Position numbers and translations under genes: made by a program
The notes under the pieces: model-generated
Databases searched by the model: none
Told to the model about the DNA's origin: nothing
The model's input: only the letters and a program-made list of their open reading frames with translations
Source: an uncultured Nitrososphaerota archaeon
GTDB taxonomy: Archaea > Thermoproteota > Methanomethylicia > Nezhaarchaeales > B40-G2
Assembly (NCBI GenBank): GCA_964626365.1
Contig: CAZVDL010000004.1
Location: 18,178 to 82,177 of the forward strand
Length of the DNA stretch: 64,000 nucleotides
Direction of reading: 5' to 3'
Part shown: positions 8,684 to 19,233 of the stretch, in pieces
Layout: each line of letters opens with the position of its first letter
Position numbering within the stretch: position 1 is the first letter of the stretch

Positions 8684-9814
8684 CTACATACCCTTAGCGA
8701 GACGCATTATCAGCGCATTGATCTCGTCAGCTAGCTCCTTAGGTAAGCCTAGTAGCTCAACATTCAGGAAACCTCTCACAAGTACTGAGACAGCGTCCTC
8801 TCTTGAAAGACCCCTCGACATTAGGTAGGCTATCTCATGGTCAGCCAGTTTACCCACAGCGGCTTCATGGGAGAGGTCCACGTCCCTCTTAGACCCGACG
8901 AGCTCTGGTATGGCGTGTATCGAGGAGTCGTCGTCTAATATAAGTCCCTTGCATTCTAGGTGAGCTTTGACAGGTGAGGCCGAGGCTATGAGCATCCCCC
9001 TAGCCACCACCTTAGAGCCGCTGGAGGCAACAGCCCTAGATGTAACTTCACTTCTAGCCTCGGGGGCCACCAACTCCACCCTGGAGCCTATGTCCATGAA
9101 GGAGGACCTAGCTGCGTAAAGTATACTATTGAATACAGCGATCCCTCGACGGCCGGCTACGTACGCCACTGGGTAGGCTTGCACCTCCTTAACAGGGTTT
9201 AAACAAATATAATTTGAGATGAACGTGGCTCCTTCTTCAATTAGTGCAGCACTCCTAGGCTTAACCACAGTGCCTTGGCTCCAACTATGGACCATGGTGA
9301 AGTTTAGCTTAGCCCCTCTCTTAACAAAGAATTCCGACACCCCGATATGTAGGCTGGAGTTTACATGCGGGTGTAGGGTGCACCCAGTTATTATGTGGGC
9401 GTCTGACCCCTCCTCAGCTATGATCACGTTGTGGACAGCCTGTTCAAAGCCCTCCTTAGCGATTACCAGGCAGGCCTGTAGAGGAAGGTCTACTTTAACT
9501 CCAGGTAGGATCCTTATGAAGTAGCCTCCGCCAAGCTCGCTGTGTACGCGATGAGTATACTCGTCCTTGTCGGGGGGTATGAGCCTCCACAGATAATCTT
9601 TAAGCCAATCATACTTCTTTACGGCGTCAACTATGCTTAACACCTCAACCTTACCTTTATAGTACTCGTTGACGGCCGCAAGTACCTTAGAGTGGTCTAT
9701 TTGGAAGTACGTGGCGCTTCTCTTAGATTCATCAGCCTCCACCCCCACCTTGGAGGCCGCCTTAAGTATCTGATGAGGAATGTCGTACAGGGGGCTTTTA
9801 GCCAAAGCCTTCAC
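8684..9814 (-). CDS. Fe-S cluster assembly scaffold, SufB/SufD family
   Basis: 376 aa with a beta-helix-type SufBD core (VHNVIIAEEGSDAHII...HLECKGLILDD...IPEL). It sits directly downstream of sufC. Confidence 0.85.
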   Translation of the reverse strand: MKALAKSPLYDIPHQILKAASKVGVEADESKRSATYFQIDHSKVLAAVNEYYKGKVEVLSIVDAVKKYDWLKDYLWRLIPPDKDEYTHRVHSELGGGYFIRILPGVKVDLPLQACLVIAKEGFEQAVHNVIIAEEGSDAHIITGCTLHPHVNSSLHIGVSEFFVKRGAKLNFTMVHSWSQGTVVKPRSAALIEEGATFISNYICLNPVKEVQAYPVAYVAGRRGIAVFNSILYAARSSFMDIGSRVELVAPEARSEVTSRAVASSGSKVVARGMLIASASPVKAHLECKGLILDDDSSIHAIPELVGSKRDVDLSHEAAVGKLADHEIAYLMSRGLSREDAVSVLVRGFLNVELLGLPKELADEINALIMRLAKGM

Positions 9815-9819
9815 CCACG

Positions 9820-10560
9820 TTAAGCCCTACCCATACACTCAACGCAGGCCTTATACCCTACCTCCCTAATGGTGTTGAATATTCTTCGAGGTTCTCTGTA
9901 ACAATATACTGAGCCACCAAAGAGTACACATGCTTTCTCGGCGTCTATGTATTCCAGGATCTGACCTTGGTGGGTCACGATAATGGACGAGGCGTTGTGC
10001 GTCTTAAGGTAGTTCTGTATCTCCTCGCTAATCAGCTTGAGGCTCTCTACGTCGACGCCTGAGTCGGGTTCGTCCAGCAGGAGGAGCTTGGGCTTCATGG
10101 CCAGCACCAGCATGACCTCGACCCTCTTACGCTCTCCTCCTGAGAAGCCTACGTGAATCTCACGCTCTAGCAGCTCGTAGACCCTTAACTTCTTAGCTAA
10201 GTCTAGTAGCTCCTCGCTAAGCTTGTCCTCGGGCTTAAGCCCCCCACATATTTTTAATAGGTCCTTTAGCTTAACCCCCTTGATCTCAGGGGGATATTGG
10301 AAGGCCAAGGCAATACCCATTCTGGCCCTAACGTCGGCTGGTAGGGGGGTTAAGTCCTTACCCTCGAACAGTATTCTCCCCTTAACCACCTTGTAGGAAG
10401 GGATCCCAGCTATACTCATAAGCAGGGAGGTTTTCCCTGAGCCGTTGGGGCCGAAGATCACATAGGTCTCGCCCCTTGGAACCTCCAGAGTTAGGTCCCT
10501 GACAACCTGCCTCCCTCCAACCTCAACGGTAAGGTCCTCGACTTTAAGTAGAGGCTCCAC
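9820..10560 (-). CDS. sufC: Fe-S cluster assembly ATPase SufC
   Basis: Walker A GPNGSGKTS, ABC signature FSGGERKR, Walker B LLLLDEPDSGVD. Confidence 0.9.
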   Translation of the reverse strand: MEPLLKVEDLTVEVGGRQVVRDLTLEVPRGETYVIFGPNGSGKTSLLMSIAGIPSYKVVKGRILFEGKDLTPLPADVRARMGIALAFQYPPEIKGVKLKDLLKICGGLKPEDKLSEELLDLAKKLRVYELLEREIHVGFSGGERKRVEVMLVLAMKPKLLLLDEPDSGVDVESLKLISEEIQNYLKTHNASSIIVTHQGQILEYIDAEKACVLFGGSVYCYREPRRIFNTIREVGYKACVECMGRA

Positions 10561-10612
10561 GGTGATAGAACCCCCAGGCTAACCCCCTAAGCTAAAGGTA
10601 ATAAACGCTCCG

Positions 10613-11191
10613 CTAAACGCATGCTTTAAGCTTGTCTATGAGTGACGTTAAGAGCCTAGCCGTTAACCCCCATACAACGTAGCCACCGTATACGTAACCC
10701 TCCACGCTTAATGGACCCCAGGGGGTGTTGACTGTGACCTGCTCCTTGTTCAAATTACTTAGGTGGGCCCAGAACGCGTCTTCAACCTCTAGGCCGAGAG
10801 CTAGGCTCGGCTCCTCATTTAGGTAAGCTACGTAGGGTGCAACCTTAACCTCAGGCCTATTTATAGGCGAGGCCACATCCAACATACCCACTATGTCCTC
10901 AGGCTTAATTTCAACACCCACCTCCTCAGACGCCTCTCTAATAGCGGTGATCAAGGTGTTAGCATCGTGAAGAGTATAGAAGCCTCCAGGAAAGGCCACG
11001 TGGCCTGACCATGGATCGTTCTCCCTCGGCCTCCTCTTTATCAGTAACACCTTCAGCTCCTTAAGGTCGTCGCCCGTCAGAATAGCTACTACGGCCGCCC
11101 AGGGCTCCTCTGCGCTCGGACTTATAGCCCTAGGAGGGTTGAAGCACGAAGCTAACTTGGATCTTAGGTCAGGTCTCCGCATGTACACCAT
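10613..11191 (-). CDS. NUDIX hydrolase (CoA-pyrophosphatase-like)
   Basis: Nudix box GGFYTLHDANTLITAIREASEEVGV. A second ATG at 11182 would reduce the overlap with the upstream gene. Confidence 0.8.
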   Translation of the reverse strand: MVYMRRPDLRSKLASCFNPPRAISPSAEEPWAAVVAILTGDDLKELKVLLIKRRPRENDPWSGHVAFPGGFYTLHDANTLITAIREASEEVGVEIKPEDIVGMLDVASPINRPEVKVAPYVAYLNEEPSLALGLEVEDAFWAHLSNLNKEQVTVNTPWGPLSVEGYVYGGYVVWGLTARLLTSLIDKLKACV

Positions 11192-11898
11192 ACCTCGTGG
11201 AGGAGGTCGTAGAGGGAGTCCATGCCTGTACCCTCCTTCGCCGATACCTTGACTACCCTCGCCGCCTGTGAAAGCTTCCTTATGATAGAGGCGCAGCTTA
11301 AGGCTAAGTCAGTAAAGGTGCCCTGCTGAGCCTTTAGAGCCCTCTTAAGCTTAGTGTAGCTACTCAATAGCTCATCCACGTTTACCTTTAGCTCCACGTC
11401 AGATTTGTTGACTACCATCACCGTGGGCGTCTCTAACCTTAGCTGCGACGCCACCCCCAACATTAGTGAGACCACGAGCTCCGAGGGGGAGCTGGCTAGC
11501 GTGGGGTCTATTATGAAGACGGAGGCCGTAGGCCTAACAAGCTTCAGCCTCCTTAATACGCTTGGCCCTGAAGGCCTAAAGACGAAAATCTCCATCTGCC
11601 CGGGGGTGTCAATGAGGTTGATGTCTGCCTCTATAGAGGCGAGCGCCTCTACAATCTCATGCACTCTCTCCTCCATGAGCTCTGAGGCCCTTATCATGGC
11701 CCCATTGGGGCCTAGCCCCTCAGCCTTCATTATACCCTGGACCGTAAACATCCTCCTAACGTCAAAGTCTGGGCTATATGGAGTGCTTTCACAGCCGGGG
11801 TCCAAGTTAACGTAGCCAACTTTGAAGTCCATGTGTTTAGAGAGCCACTCACCAAACGCGTAGGTTAATAAGCTCTTACCACACCCTGCAGGCCCCAA
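11164..11898 (-). CDS. GPN-loop GTPase
   Basis: Walker A GPAGCGKS, VNLDPG and the GPNGA (GPN) loop. TTG start at 11898. The in-frame upstream LNVVFF has no canonical start codon. Confidence 0.8.
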   Translation of the reverse strand: MGPAGCGKSLLTYAFGEWLSKHMDFKVGYVNLDPGCESTPYSPDFDVRRMFTVQGIMKAEGLGPNGAMIRASELMEERVHEIVEALASIEADINLIDTPGQMEIFVFRPSGPSVLRRLKLVRPTASVFIIDPTLASSPSELVVSLMLGVASQLRLETPTVMVVNKSDVELKVNVDELLSSYTKLKRALKAQQGTFTDLALSCASIIRKLSQAARVVKVSAKEGTGMDSLYDLLHEVWCTCGDLT

Positions 11899-12065
11899 GA
11901 AGACTACGTTCAGCTTAGGCCACCCCTAGCTATAAGCAGCTTAAACGCGGTTACGCTGTGAACGCACGCCTACTTAAGCCTCCTGCCTCTTAGAGGCCTA
12001 AGCGGCGGCACATCAACTATGGAGGGTGAGGTTTTTAGCTAGCTACGCTCTAAGTGCCCGCGGCT

Positions 12066-12362
12066 ATGAGGTTGAAGGGTAGGGTGTTAAGCATTAGGAG
12101 GGGGCTTAATAGGCAATACCAGAACGAGGCTATATTGGAGGTGGAGGGAGTTAAGGGCAGAAGCGGAGCTTGCAGCTTAGTAGGCTGCAAAGTTAGGTGG
12201 GTAAGCCCGAAGGGAAAGGTGTTCATAGGCTCAGTGCTAGGACCACACGGAGACAGCGGAGCTGTGGTAGTGAGGTTTAGGAAAGCTCTGCCAGGACAAA
12301 TACTTGGAGCTACGGTTGAAATCGAGGAACCTCAACGCCCACTCGAAGCAGCCCAAAGCTAG
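12066..12362 (+). CDS. rpl35ae: Ribosomal protein L35Ae (eL33)
   Basis: MRLKGRVLSIRRG...VRWVSPKGKVFIGSVLGPHGDSGAVVVRF matches the L35Ae pattern. TATA-like GTTTTTAGC at 12031-12039 lies 27 nt upstream of ATG 12066. Confidence 0.85.
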   Translation: MRLKGRVLSIRRGLNRQYQNEAILEVEGVKGRSGACSLVGCKVRWVSPKGKVFIGSVLGPHGDSGAVVVRFRKALPGQILGATVEIEEPQRPLEAAQS

Positions 12363-12368
12363 TGAGCT

Positions 12369-13409
12369 CTAGCGCCAAGAAGCCCTCAGCCTAGCCGCGT
12401 AGTCTTCAGGGGCCTCAACTATCTCGTTCTCACCCAGCAGAGCTGGCATAGCCCAGTAGTCGTTTAGGAAGGGTTCCTTTAAGCCGAACCTTGAACACAT
12501 CCTGAGCAAAAGCCTAAAGTACTCAGCTCTAGAATCGAGGGGCGCGGAGTATATAGCGAAGTTAAAGCTTAGTAGGCCTTCGCGCTCGTAAAAGCTAAGC
12601 ACGTTCACGAGGCCCCTAGATAGGCCCTTTAGGTCTTCATCGCTTAGCGATAGGAGGTCTGAGGTCCCCTCGACTATGGCCCATACTTCATGCTGCCTCT
12701 GCGGGGCGAATGGAACAAGCCAATGAACCCCGCCTATTGAGGCTACGTATCGCTCACCTAGCTCTCTCTCAACTTTAACTAGCTCCTCCCAGAAGCACGA
12801 CGAGTAAGTGGCGTAATACCTGAAGCTATACTCTAAAAGCTCTCTAAGGTAGTTGAAGGCCTCAGTAGACGCCAACACCTGCATGTGAGGATGTACTATG
12901 CTGGACCCAGCTGGCGGTAGGTAGTTCATGATCACCGAGGCATACTTCAACGTAGGGTTAAACTTGTAGACCCTACGTAGGACCTCAAGACTAGCCTTCA
13001 ACCCCTCGGCGATAACCTCATTGGTAAACTCGCTTGGCTTAACGAAGTGCTCTCTCCCCAGCACGACCACAGCATTGAAGTCTGAGTGTGCATGTAGGCT
13101 AGGGAAAGCTACGCAGCTGCCTACCTTTATTCTCCCCTCAGCTACGACGTTGAGTGGGAACTTAGGGGTGACCTCCTCAACTTTCCCTGGACAGAAGGGG
13201 CAGTTTTGACGGGTGGCTTCAGCCAGCCTCCTTAGTAGTTGCTCGTCGTGCTCCATGAAGGGCTTGACATACGGCAGCCTCCCTCTGGCTACGATGGTGG
13301 AGAGGCCAGTGAGGGGGTCAAGTCTATGCTCTAGCTCCTGCACCTCTAGCTCAAAGCCTTTAAGAGGGTTTAAGATACAGGTCTCTCTCACCCAGCGCTC
13401 AAACCTCAT
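12369..13409 (-). CDS. Galactose-1-phosphate uridylyltransferase-like (GalT/HIT branch) nucleotidyltransferase
   Basis: CPFCPG zinc motif and an HPHMQV (HxHxQ) active-site motif. Confidence 0.65.
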   Translation of the reverse strand: MRFERWVRETCILNPLKGFELEVQELEHRLDPLTGLSTIVARGRLPYVKPFMEHDEQLLRRLAEATRQNCPFCPGKVEEVTPKFPLNVVAEGRIKVGSCVAFPSLHAHSDFNAVVVLGREHFVKPSEFTNEVIAEGLKASLEVLRRVYKFNPTLKYASVIMNYLPPAGSSIVHPHMQVLASTEAFNYLRELLEYSFRYYATYSSCFWEELVKVERELGERYVASIGGVHWLVPFAPQRQHEVWAIVEGTSDLLSLSDEDLKGLSRGLVNVLSFYEREGLLSFNFAIYSAPLDSRAEYFRLLLRMCSRFGLKEPFLNDYWAMPALLGENEIVEAPEDYAARLRASWR

Positions 13410-13422
13410 AGATTAGCGCCCC

Positions 13423-15228
13423 TCAATACTTTTCGAGTTGTTCTTCCTCGGCCTCTATCCTCTTTAACTGCGACTTATACATGTTGAGTAGCTCGTTGAC
13501 AGTAGTGGCGTCCTCAGGTCTTTTATCAGGCCTCCACCTCATGAAGCGAGGGAATCTGATTGATAGCCCAGCGCCCTCCTTAATGGCGCCCATGGCCGCG
13601 GTGGCCATTGGTGAGAGCGTTATCTCGTCGCCTAATACCTCAGCTACGAGGGCGGGTACAAACCATACGTCTGGCTTAGCCCTTGAGTCCACGCGGGGGT
13701 GCTGGTGGGAAATTATGTAAGGTTTAAAGAGTTCAGGTAGCTTAGCCAGCTCCTCATCACTAAAGCCTGAACCACACTTGCAGACGGTCTTAAAGGTGTC
13801 GGTCTCGGGATCGTAGGCTGCTAGTAGCAAGGCGCCATACGTACCAGCCCTCCTACCTCGCCCATAGAAAGCTCCTACGGGGACTAAGTCCACGGTGTCC
13901 TGCATCTTAGACTGGTAAGATCTCTTCAGCTTTATCCATAGCCACCCTCTAGCTCCCGCCTGGTATATGGAGTTGGCGGTTAGGGACTTACATATCACGC
14001 CTTCACAGCCATTAGCCACAGCCTCCTCGAAGAACTTCTCGAGCTCCTCAGGGCTATCGATGAACTTATACTCGGCTATCTTGATGCGCTCTGCCTCCTC
14101 CACGATCTTCATTAAATACTCCCTCCTCTCAGGGTAGGGCTTGAGGGTTAAGTCGAGGCCGTCGACGTAGAGCACGTCGAAGAGGAAGAGAGATACGGGG
14201 AAGAGCTTCATAGCCTCCTCAACGCCATATTTACGCCTCCTATGCATCAGCTCCTGGAAGGGTCTAAGCTCGCCCGTGTCAGGGTCTATCGCTACGCACT
14301 CGCACTCTATTATTGCCTCCTTCGCCTTGAGGTGTTCCCTCAGTAGGTCGCAGGCGTCAGGGTAGTGATGGGTTATGTTCTCTAAACGCCGCGAGAACAA
14401 CATCACCTTATCCCCCTGTTTATGGGCCTGTATACGCTCACCGTCATACTTATACTCAGCTATGCATTTGCCTCCAAGCTTCGCTAAGATCTCCTCAGGG
14501 GTGGCTAGCCGCTCAGCTAACATAGGCCTTATGGGCCTACCGATGGTTATCTTAAACCGCTTGATCCCCTCTAAGCCCTCCGTAGCTGCTACCTTAGCGA
14601 CGAAGCCTAGGTCGCTCGATAGGTTGTAGGCCCTCTCGATGAAAGGCCTAGCCTCTTTACCTCCACAGAAGCTTATGGCCAGCGCATCGAGTATGGTCAT
14701 GTCGGCGACGCCTAGCCTAAGCTTGCCGGTGACCGTCCTTACTAAATATCTAGCCTCCTTAGGAGTAGCATCCTTTAGTAGGGCGGTTAAAAGAGCTACC
14801 TTGGTCTCCTGCGCCCCTTCACCTGAAGCCTTAGCTATCTTGTCTAGAGTCTCGTAGACCCTGAGCACAGTCAATGGTTGAGGTTTATGCTCAGCCCCCA
14901 TGAATAATAATAGCGAGACCGCCTTACGTTTACTCAAAATGTTCTCAGCGGCCTTACCGATGTCGCCTACCCTCTTTAGTTCGTCCTCAACGACCTTCAC
15001 CTGGGTGGCGGAGGCCTCAGCTATGCTTCTCATAGCTAGTTTCTCAGCGATTCCGAGCTCCACCCCCATGTAGTCTGGATAGAGCTTTCCTTGAGTTAAG
15101 TACACGACTTTATCTATCAAGTCAACGGGGACCTTCTTGAAAAGCGAGACTAAGATTTCGGTCATTTCAAGCCTCTTGGTCGTCCTTTCCAGGTTCTCGT
15201 AAGCGTCTACTAAGGTTGAGTAGAGCAA
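13423..15228 (-). CDS. lig: ATP-dependent DNA ligase
   Basis: Adenylation motif EYKYDGERIQ, 601 aa, typical archaeal Lig1 layout. Confidence 0.95.
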   Translation of the reverse strand: MLYSTLVDAYENLERTTKRLEMTEILVSLFKKVPVDLIDKVVYLTQGKLYPDYMGVELGIAEKLAMRSIAEASATQVKVVEDELKRVGDIGKAAENILSKRKAVSLLLFMGAEHKPQPLTVLRVYETLDKIAKASGEGAQETKVALLTALLKDATPKEARYLVRTVTGKLRLGVADMTILDALAISFCGGKEARPFIERAYNLSSDLGFVAKVAATEGLEGIKRFKITIGRPIRPMLAERLATPEEILAKLGGKCIAEYKYDGERIQAHKQGDKVMLFSRRLENITHHYPDACDLLREHLKAKEAIIECECVAIDPDTGELRPFQELMHRRRKYGVEEAMKLFPVSLFLFDVLYVDGLDLTLKPYPERREYLMKIVEEAERIKIAEYKFIDSPEELEKFFEEAVANGCEGVICKSLTANSIYQAGARGWLWIKLKRSYQSKMQDTVDLVPVGAFYGRGRRAGTYGALLLAAYDPETDTFKTVCKCGSGFSDEELAKLPELFKPYIISHQHPRVDSRAKPDVWFVPALVAEVLGDEITLSPMATAAMGAIKEGAGLSIRFPRFMRWRPDKRPEDATTVNELLNMYKSQLKRIEAEEEQLEKY

Positions 15229-15289
15229 GCCTTACCCCTGAGATGACTAGGTAAGGGGACATTAATTTTTGTCCCAGTATCACTTAGCG

Positions 15290-15991
15290 CTACCTAAACA
15301 AGCGTAAGGCCACGGTAAAGGTCTCAAGAGCCTCATTCACTGAGGCTACGCCCAACGCTATAGCGGTAATCTCGGGATAGTTAGCCACGAACTCTATAGC
15401 TTCCTCGGGTTTTAACCTCCCAGCCGCCAGCACCTTCATGGCTATGACAGGTATCCCTAACTGCCTTAGCAGCTTACATAGCTCTGCGGCCGGCATGTCC
15501 ATGAAGTAAGAGGCCTTGTTGAAGGGTACCATGATGAAGTCTACGTCCACCCTCTCCTTAATAAGCCATGGTACCACCACGCCTGGGCTATGGATAGCTA
15601 GCCCTGCTTTACATCCAAGCTCCCTAATGACTCGTATCAACTCTGTGACCAGTTCTCTATTGAGCTTATCGCTAGTCTCCCCGTGTATCGCTACCCCCTT
15701 AGGCTCAAGCCTCTCTAAGACCTTCAAGCTCTGTTCAGGTTTCTTAGGCATCAAGGAGCCCCAGACCTCTAAGTGGTACCCCTGCTTCCTCATTGACAAC
15801 ACTGCTTCGACTATGTGCTTAAAGGGTAGGCACTGTACAGCTCTTACGCCCGCCTCATACGAGGCTTCGAGGACCTCTCTGACCCTATGTGGTTTTCCGT
15901 AGAATCTTTCATAGTAAATGAGGGACCTATGACCAAATTGCCCCGCTGCTATAAAGGGGCTCGTGCCCACCATAACCCTCGGAAGGAACAT
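15290..15991 (-). CDS. Hypothetical soluble protein (alpha/beta, TIM-barrel-like?)
   Basis: 233 aa. Its ATG at 15991 lies 2 nt after the stop (15994-15996) of the pilus platform gene. Confidence 0.5.
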   Translation of the reverse strand: MFLPRVMVGTSPFIAAGQFGHRSLIYYERFYGKPHRVREVLEASYEAGVRAVQCLPFKHIVEAVLSMRKQGYHLEVWGSLMPKKPEQSLKVLERLEPKGVAIHGETSDKLNRELVTELIRVIRELGCKAGLAIHSPGVVVPWLIKERVDVDFIMVPFNKASYFMDMPAAELCKLLRQLGIPVIAMKVLAAGRLKPEEAIEFVANYPEITAIALGVASVNEALETFTVALRLFR

Positions 15992-15993
15992 TA

Positions 15994-17667
15994 TTACAGT
16001 AGGAGGGGTAACAAGTTGATAGCTATTGCGGCTGAGGCTAGACAGATCAATGCGTGTCTAAAGCTTAGGAAGGTGAGGTCAGCCACCTTAGCCACTATCA
16101 CCCCTATGGCTATCGATATGAGAACGACGGTCACCATTATCGAGGACAGAACTTGGGAGAACAGTTGAAGGCCTTGTAGTAGAGGCGTGGTGAGCGATGA
16201 TGTCGCCGTAGAGAGGGCATAGACTGCTTGACCACCAAGAGACCTCATCATCATCGCCGAAGCGGCCATAAAGAGGGGGGCACCATAGCCTATGTATGCC
16301 TGAAACCTTACACTGGACTTACCCATGACCTTAGCGGTGTAGTAATCGTTCACATAATTAGTAAGGTCCTCTAACACTGCAGGACTACCACCGCCGCTCT
16401 CGATTATCTGGTTTATGGAGGCTAGGACGGCCTTAACCATCCACGACGGGGTCTTTAAGGACTCGATAACCTCACTCAACGGAACCCCGTAGTCGAGGGC
16501 CTGCCTTATCTTAGCTAGCAGAAGATCGAAGTAATTATTGTATCTCCTCGAGGAAAGCTTAACTAAAGCCTCCTTAACGTCGAAGCCTAACTTCCTATAC
16601 TCTGTGACGTCCCTTAGGAAATCTGGAAGAGCCCTCTCCACGCTTGAGCATACCTTTAACTGTCGGTGGGAGATAAGAGCAAGAGGAGCAACCACAGCCA
16701 TCGACGAGTAGAGCAGACTTAAGTGAAGCTCGAGCCTCAATACGTGCATAGACGCGAAGAACAGGACAGCCCCCAACATGAAGGAGAGGAAAGGCCAGTT
16801 CCCTAGTTCGTAGCGATCGAAGGTCTTAGGCTGGTAGATATGAATAAAGAGGGCGGCCAGCAGCACCGTTAGAGGGATTACCGCTAAGTTGTATAGGGTG
16901 TTTAACCATATGCTAAGCTCGCTAGCGAAGACCAAGGCCATTATTGATAAGGCCATGGGCGCTAGGAGAAAGAGAGCGAGCACAGCTTCACCTAGCAAGT
17001 TAGTAACGTTGGCATAGTTCATCCACCTGCGTTCAAGTTGCCTTAGGAAGTCCTTAGCCTTGGACGCTAAGTAGGATGCTACGTCTCCTCCGCTCCTCAG
17101 TATGCTGCTGTAGCCTAAGATCCACGACCTGAATCTCTCCGATGGATGGTCCCTCGCAACCTCCTCTAAGGCCTCAATAGGACTGCGGTTGAAGTATAGA
17201 GAATTGCGCTTAATGAGTAACGCTTCGCGTGATAGACTTGGGAACACCTTGCTGTTGATTATAGCCTCGAAGGCTCTCACTAAGGAGAGGCCAGAGACCG
17301 CCATTAAGGAGGCCATGACGCTAAACATCGGCAGCTCAGCTTCAACGGAGGTCCTACGTGATGTCGAGGCGAGCTTAGGCGCCGCCACCGAGGTCGTTAA
17401 GATGAGGGAGGGTATAGCCCCAGCTACGAGTAGGACGTAGAGGGGGGCCCTTACCGTGAACGTGAGGAATACTGTGAAGGCGAACATAACTAAGGAGAAA
17501 GCTAAATACTTAGCAGCTCTACGTGCATAAGCCCTGGGGTTGATAAACCATAAGGTTCTGGGTATGTGTTTCTCAGCCTGCTTTAAAATGAAGGAGCTTA
17601 AGCTAGAAAAGCTCAGTTTAAGTGCGACCATAGCTAAGATGGAAGCTAAGAGAATTACGAGCATCAA
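15994..17667 (-). CDS. Type II secretion system F-family platform protein (FlaJ/TadC-like)
   Basis: 557-aa polytopic membrane protein with two repeated TM/cytoplasmic modules, directly downstream of the secretion ATPase. Confidence 0.75.
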   Translation of the reverse strand: MMLVILLASILAMVALKLSFSSLSSFILKQAEKHIPRTLWFINPRAYARRAAKYLAFSLVMFAFTVFLTFTVRAPLYVLLVAGAIPSLILTTSVAAPKLASTSRRTSVEAELPMFSVMASLMAVSGLSLVRAFEAIINSKVFPSLSREALLIKRNSLYFNRSPIEALEEVARDHPSERFRSWILGYSSILRSGGDVASYLASKAKDFLRQLERRWMNYANVTNLLGEAVLALFLLAPMALSIMALVFASELSIWLNTLYNLAVIPLTVLLAALFIHIYQPKTFDRYELGNWPFLSFMLGAVLFFASMHVLRLELHLSLLYSSMAVVAPLALISHRQLKVCSSVERALPDFLRDVTEYRKLGFDVKEALVKLSSRRYNNYFDLLLAKIRQALDYGVPLSEVIESLKTPSWMVKAVLASINQIIESGGGSPAVLEDLTNYVNDYYTAKVMGKSSVRFQAYIGYGAPLFMAASAMMMRSLGGQAVYALSTATSSLTTPLLQGLQLFSQVLSSIMVTVVLISIAIGVIVAKVADLTFLSFRHALICLASAAIAINLLPLLL

Positions 17668-17673
17668 GTTACG

Positions 17674-19218
17674 TCACCTGACGTAGAAGCTTCTTATCTC
17701 CGAGACCACGTCGTTAAAGGAGAAGACCCCTCGCTTCACCAAGTCTTTAAGGAACTCTGAGCGCTCAATCAACTCCTTCTTAAGGTCATCCTTGTTCCAG
17801 CCGCAGAGGTCCATGATTCGCGACAAGACGAAGCTGTTCTCTACTAACTCCTCAGCAGTTAACGGTAAGTGTAGATCTAGGTGAGGCTCCCACGTGAAGA
17901 TGGGCTTACATTCCTTAGAGCTTACGACCTCCGATACCTCCACTACCCTCCTCGCAGGCTTTCCTCCGAGAGGGGTTAACCTCTTTATGATGATGACGTT
18001 ACTTATTAACGGTATGAAGGACTCACCTACGTTTATCGGCGGAGAAGTTAGGCGTTGGACCATGGTATGGAAGCTATCTCCGTGGAAGGTACAAGCACAG
18101 CCATGACCCGAGGCTGCAGCCTGTACTAAGGCATATGCTTCCTCACCCCTCACCTCGCCCACTATAATGAAATCTGCCCGCTCCCTTAAGCTAAGCTTGA
18201 CCAGGTCAAAGAGCTTTATCTCAGTTTTGGACTCGCCGTAGGTGTATGTGTGCCTAGCTACTAAGGGTTTCCAGCCTATGTGCGGTAACCTTAGTTCAGG
18301 ATTGTCCTCTATGGAGACCACCTTCCAGTTAGGTTTAAGGAGCGTAGCCAAAGCATTGAGCAGCGTAGTTTTGCCACTAGCCATAGGCCCGACTATCATT
18401 ATGAACATCTTATTCTCGAGCAACAGCCACCAATAGGCCGCCATTAAGGGCGATATGGTTCTCCACTTAATTAGATGACATATCGTCAGTGGCTCCTCCC
18501 TAAACTTCCTGATGGTTATGGACGAGCCGAAGGGTGTTATCTCCCTCGAGTAAGTGGCCGTAATCCTATGTTTCTCTGGGAGCGAGGCATCTACCATGGG
18601 GAAAGCCGTGCTTACGTGCTTGCCAGCTACGTGGACAAGCTTAACGACAAGATGGTCCATGAAGTGTTCATCGCTGAATTTGAGGTTTGTTATTAGCCAG
18701 TCGAGGTCGTTGAAATCGCGGTGAAAGACCCTTACCGGCTTACTTACCCCCTCTATTGAGATGTCCTCTATTCGAGGGTCCTCGATGAGAGGGTTTAAGG
18801 GGCCGTAGCCTAGGGTGTCGCGTTTAATGTAGTACAGTATTTTATCCTTCACATGCTTTGAGAGCTCAGTTAGGCCGTGTTCCTTCACTATTAGATCGAT
18901 ATAGGATTGTAGGTATCCTGAGGGGTCCTTAATCATTTTAGGGTCAGGTTTAACCTCGGCCTTTAAGGCCTTCATTAAGGTTGAGTAACATAGGAGCTCG
19001 CTATAACTCAGCTTAGGCTCATCTATGAGGTAATAACCTGTACCCCCCTTGACGCCAATGGTCACCTTAACCATACCGTCACTCAGTTCGTAGGCTTCCA
19101 CAATCTCTAAGCCCTTAATGTCGTCTGTGAACTGAGCTGCAAGAGGAGACTCTACGGGGGGTGCTTCAGCTTCCACGTAGCCTCCACCTATCTTCCTGCG
19201 CCTTAGGCGCAGGAACAA
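17674..19218 (-). CDS. Type II/IV secretion-system ATPase (FlaI/PilB/VirB11 family)
   Basis: Walker A GPMASGKTT, IIVGEVRGEEA (Asp/His box region), 514 aa. Confidence 0.85.
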   Translation of the reverse strand: MFLRLRRRKIGGGYVEAEAPPVESPLAAQFTDDIKGLEIVEAYELSDGMVKVTIGVKGGTGYYLIDEPKLSYSELLCYSTLMKALKAEVKPDPKMIKDPSGYLQSYIDLIVKEHGLTELSKHVKDKILYYIKRDTLGYGPLNPLIEDPRIEDISIEGVSKPVRVFHRDFNDLDWLITNLKFSDEHFMDHLVVKLVHVAGKHVSTAFPMVDASLPEKHRITATYSREITPFGSSITIRKFREEPLTICHLIKWRTISPLMAAYWWLLLENKMFIMIVGPMASGKTTLLNALATLLKPNWKVVSIEDNPELRLPHIGWKPLVARHTYTYGESKTEIKLFDLVKLSLRERADFIIVGEVRGEEAYALVQAAASGHGCACTFHGDSFHTMVQRLTSPPINVGESFIPLISNVIIIKRLTPLGGKPARRVVEVSEVVSSKECKPIFTWEPHLDLHLPLTAEELVENSFVLSRIMDLCGWNKDDLKKELIERSEFLKDLVKRGVFSFNDVVSEIRSFYVR

Positions 19219-19233
19219 AGAGCAACACCCACC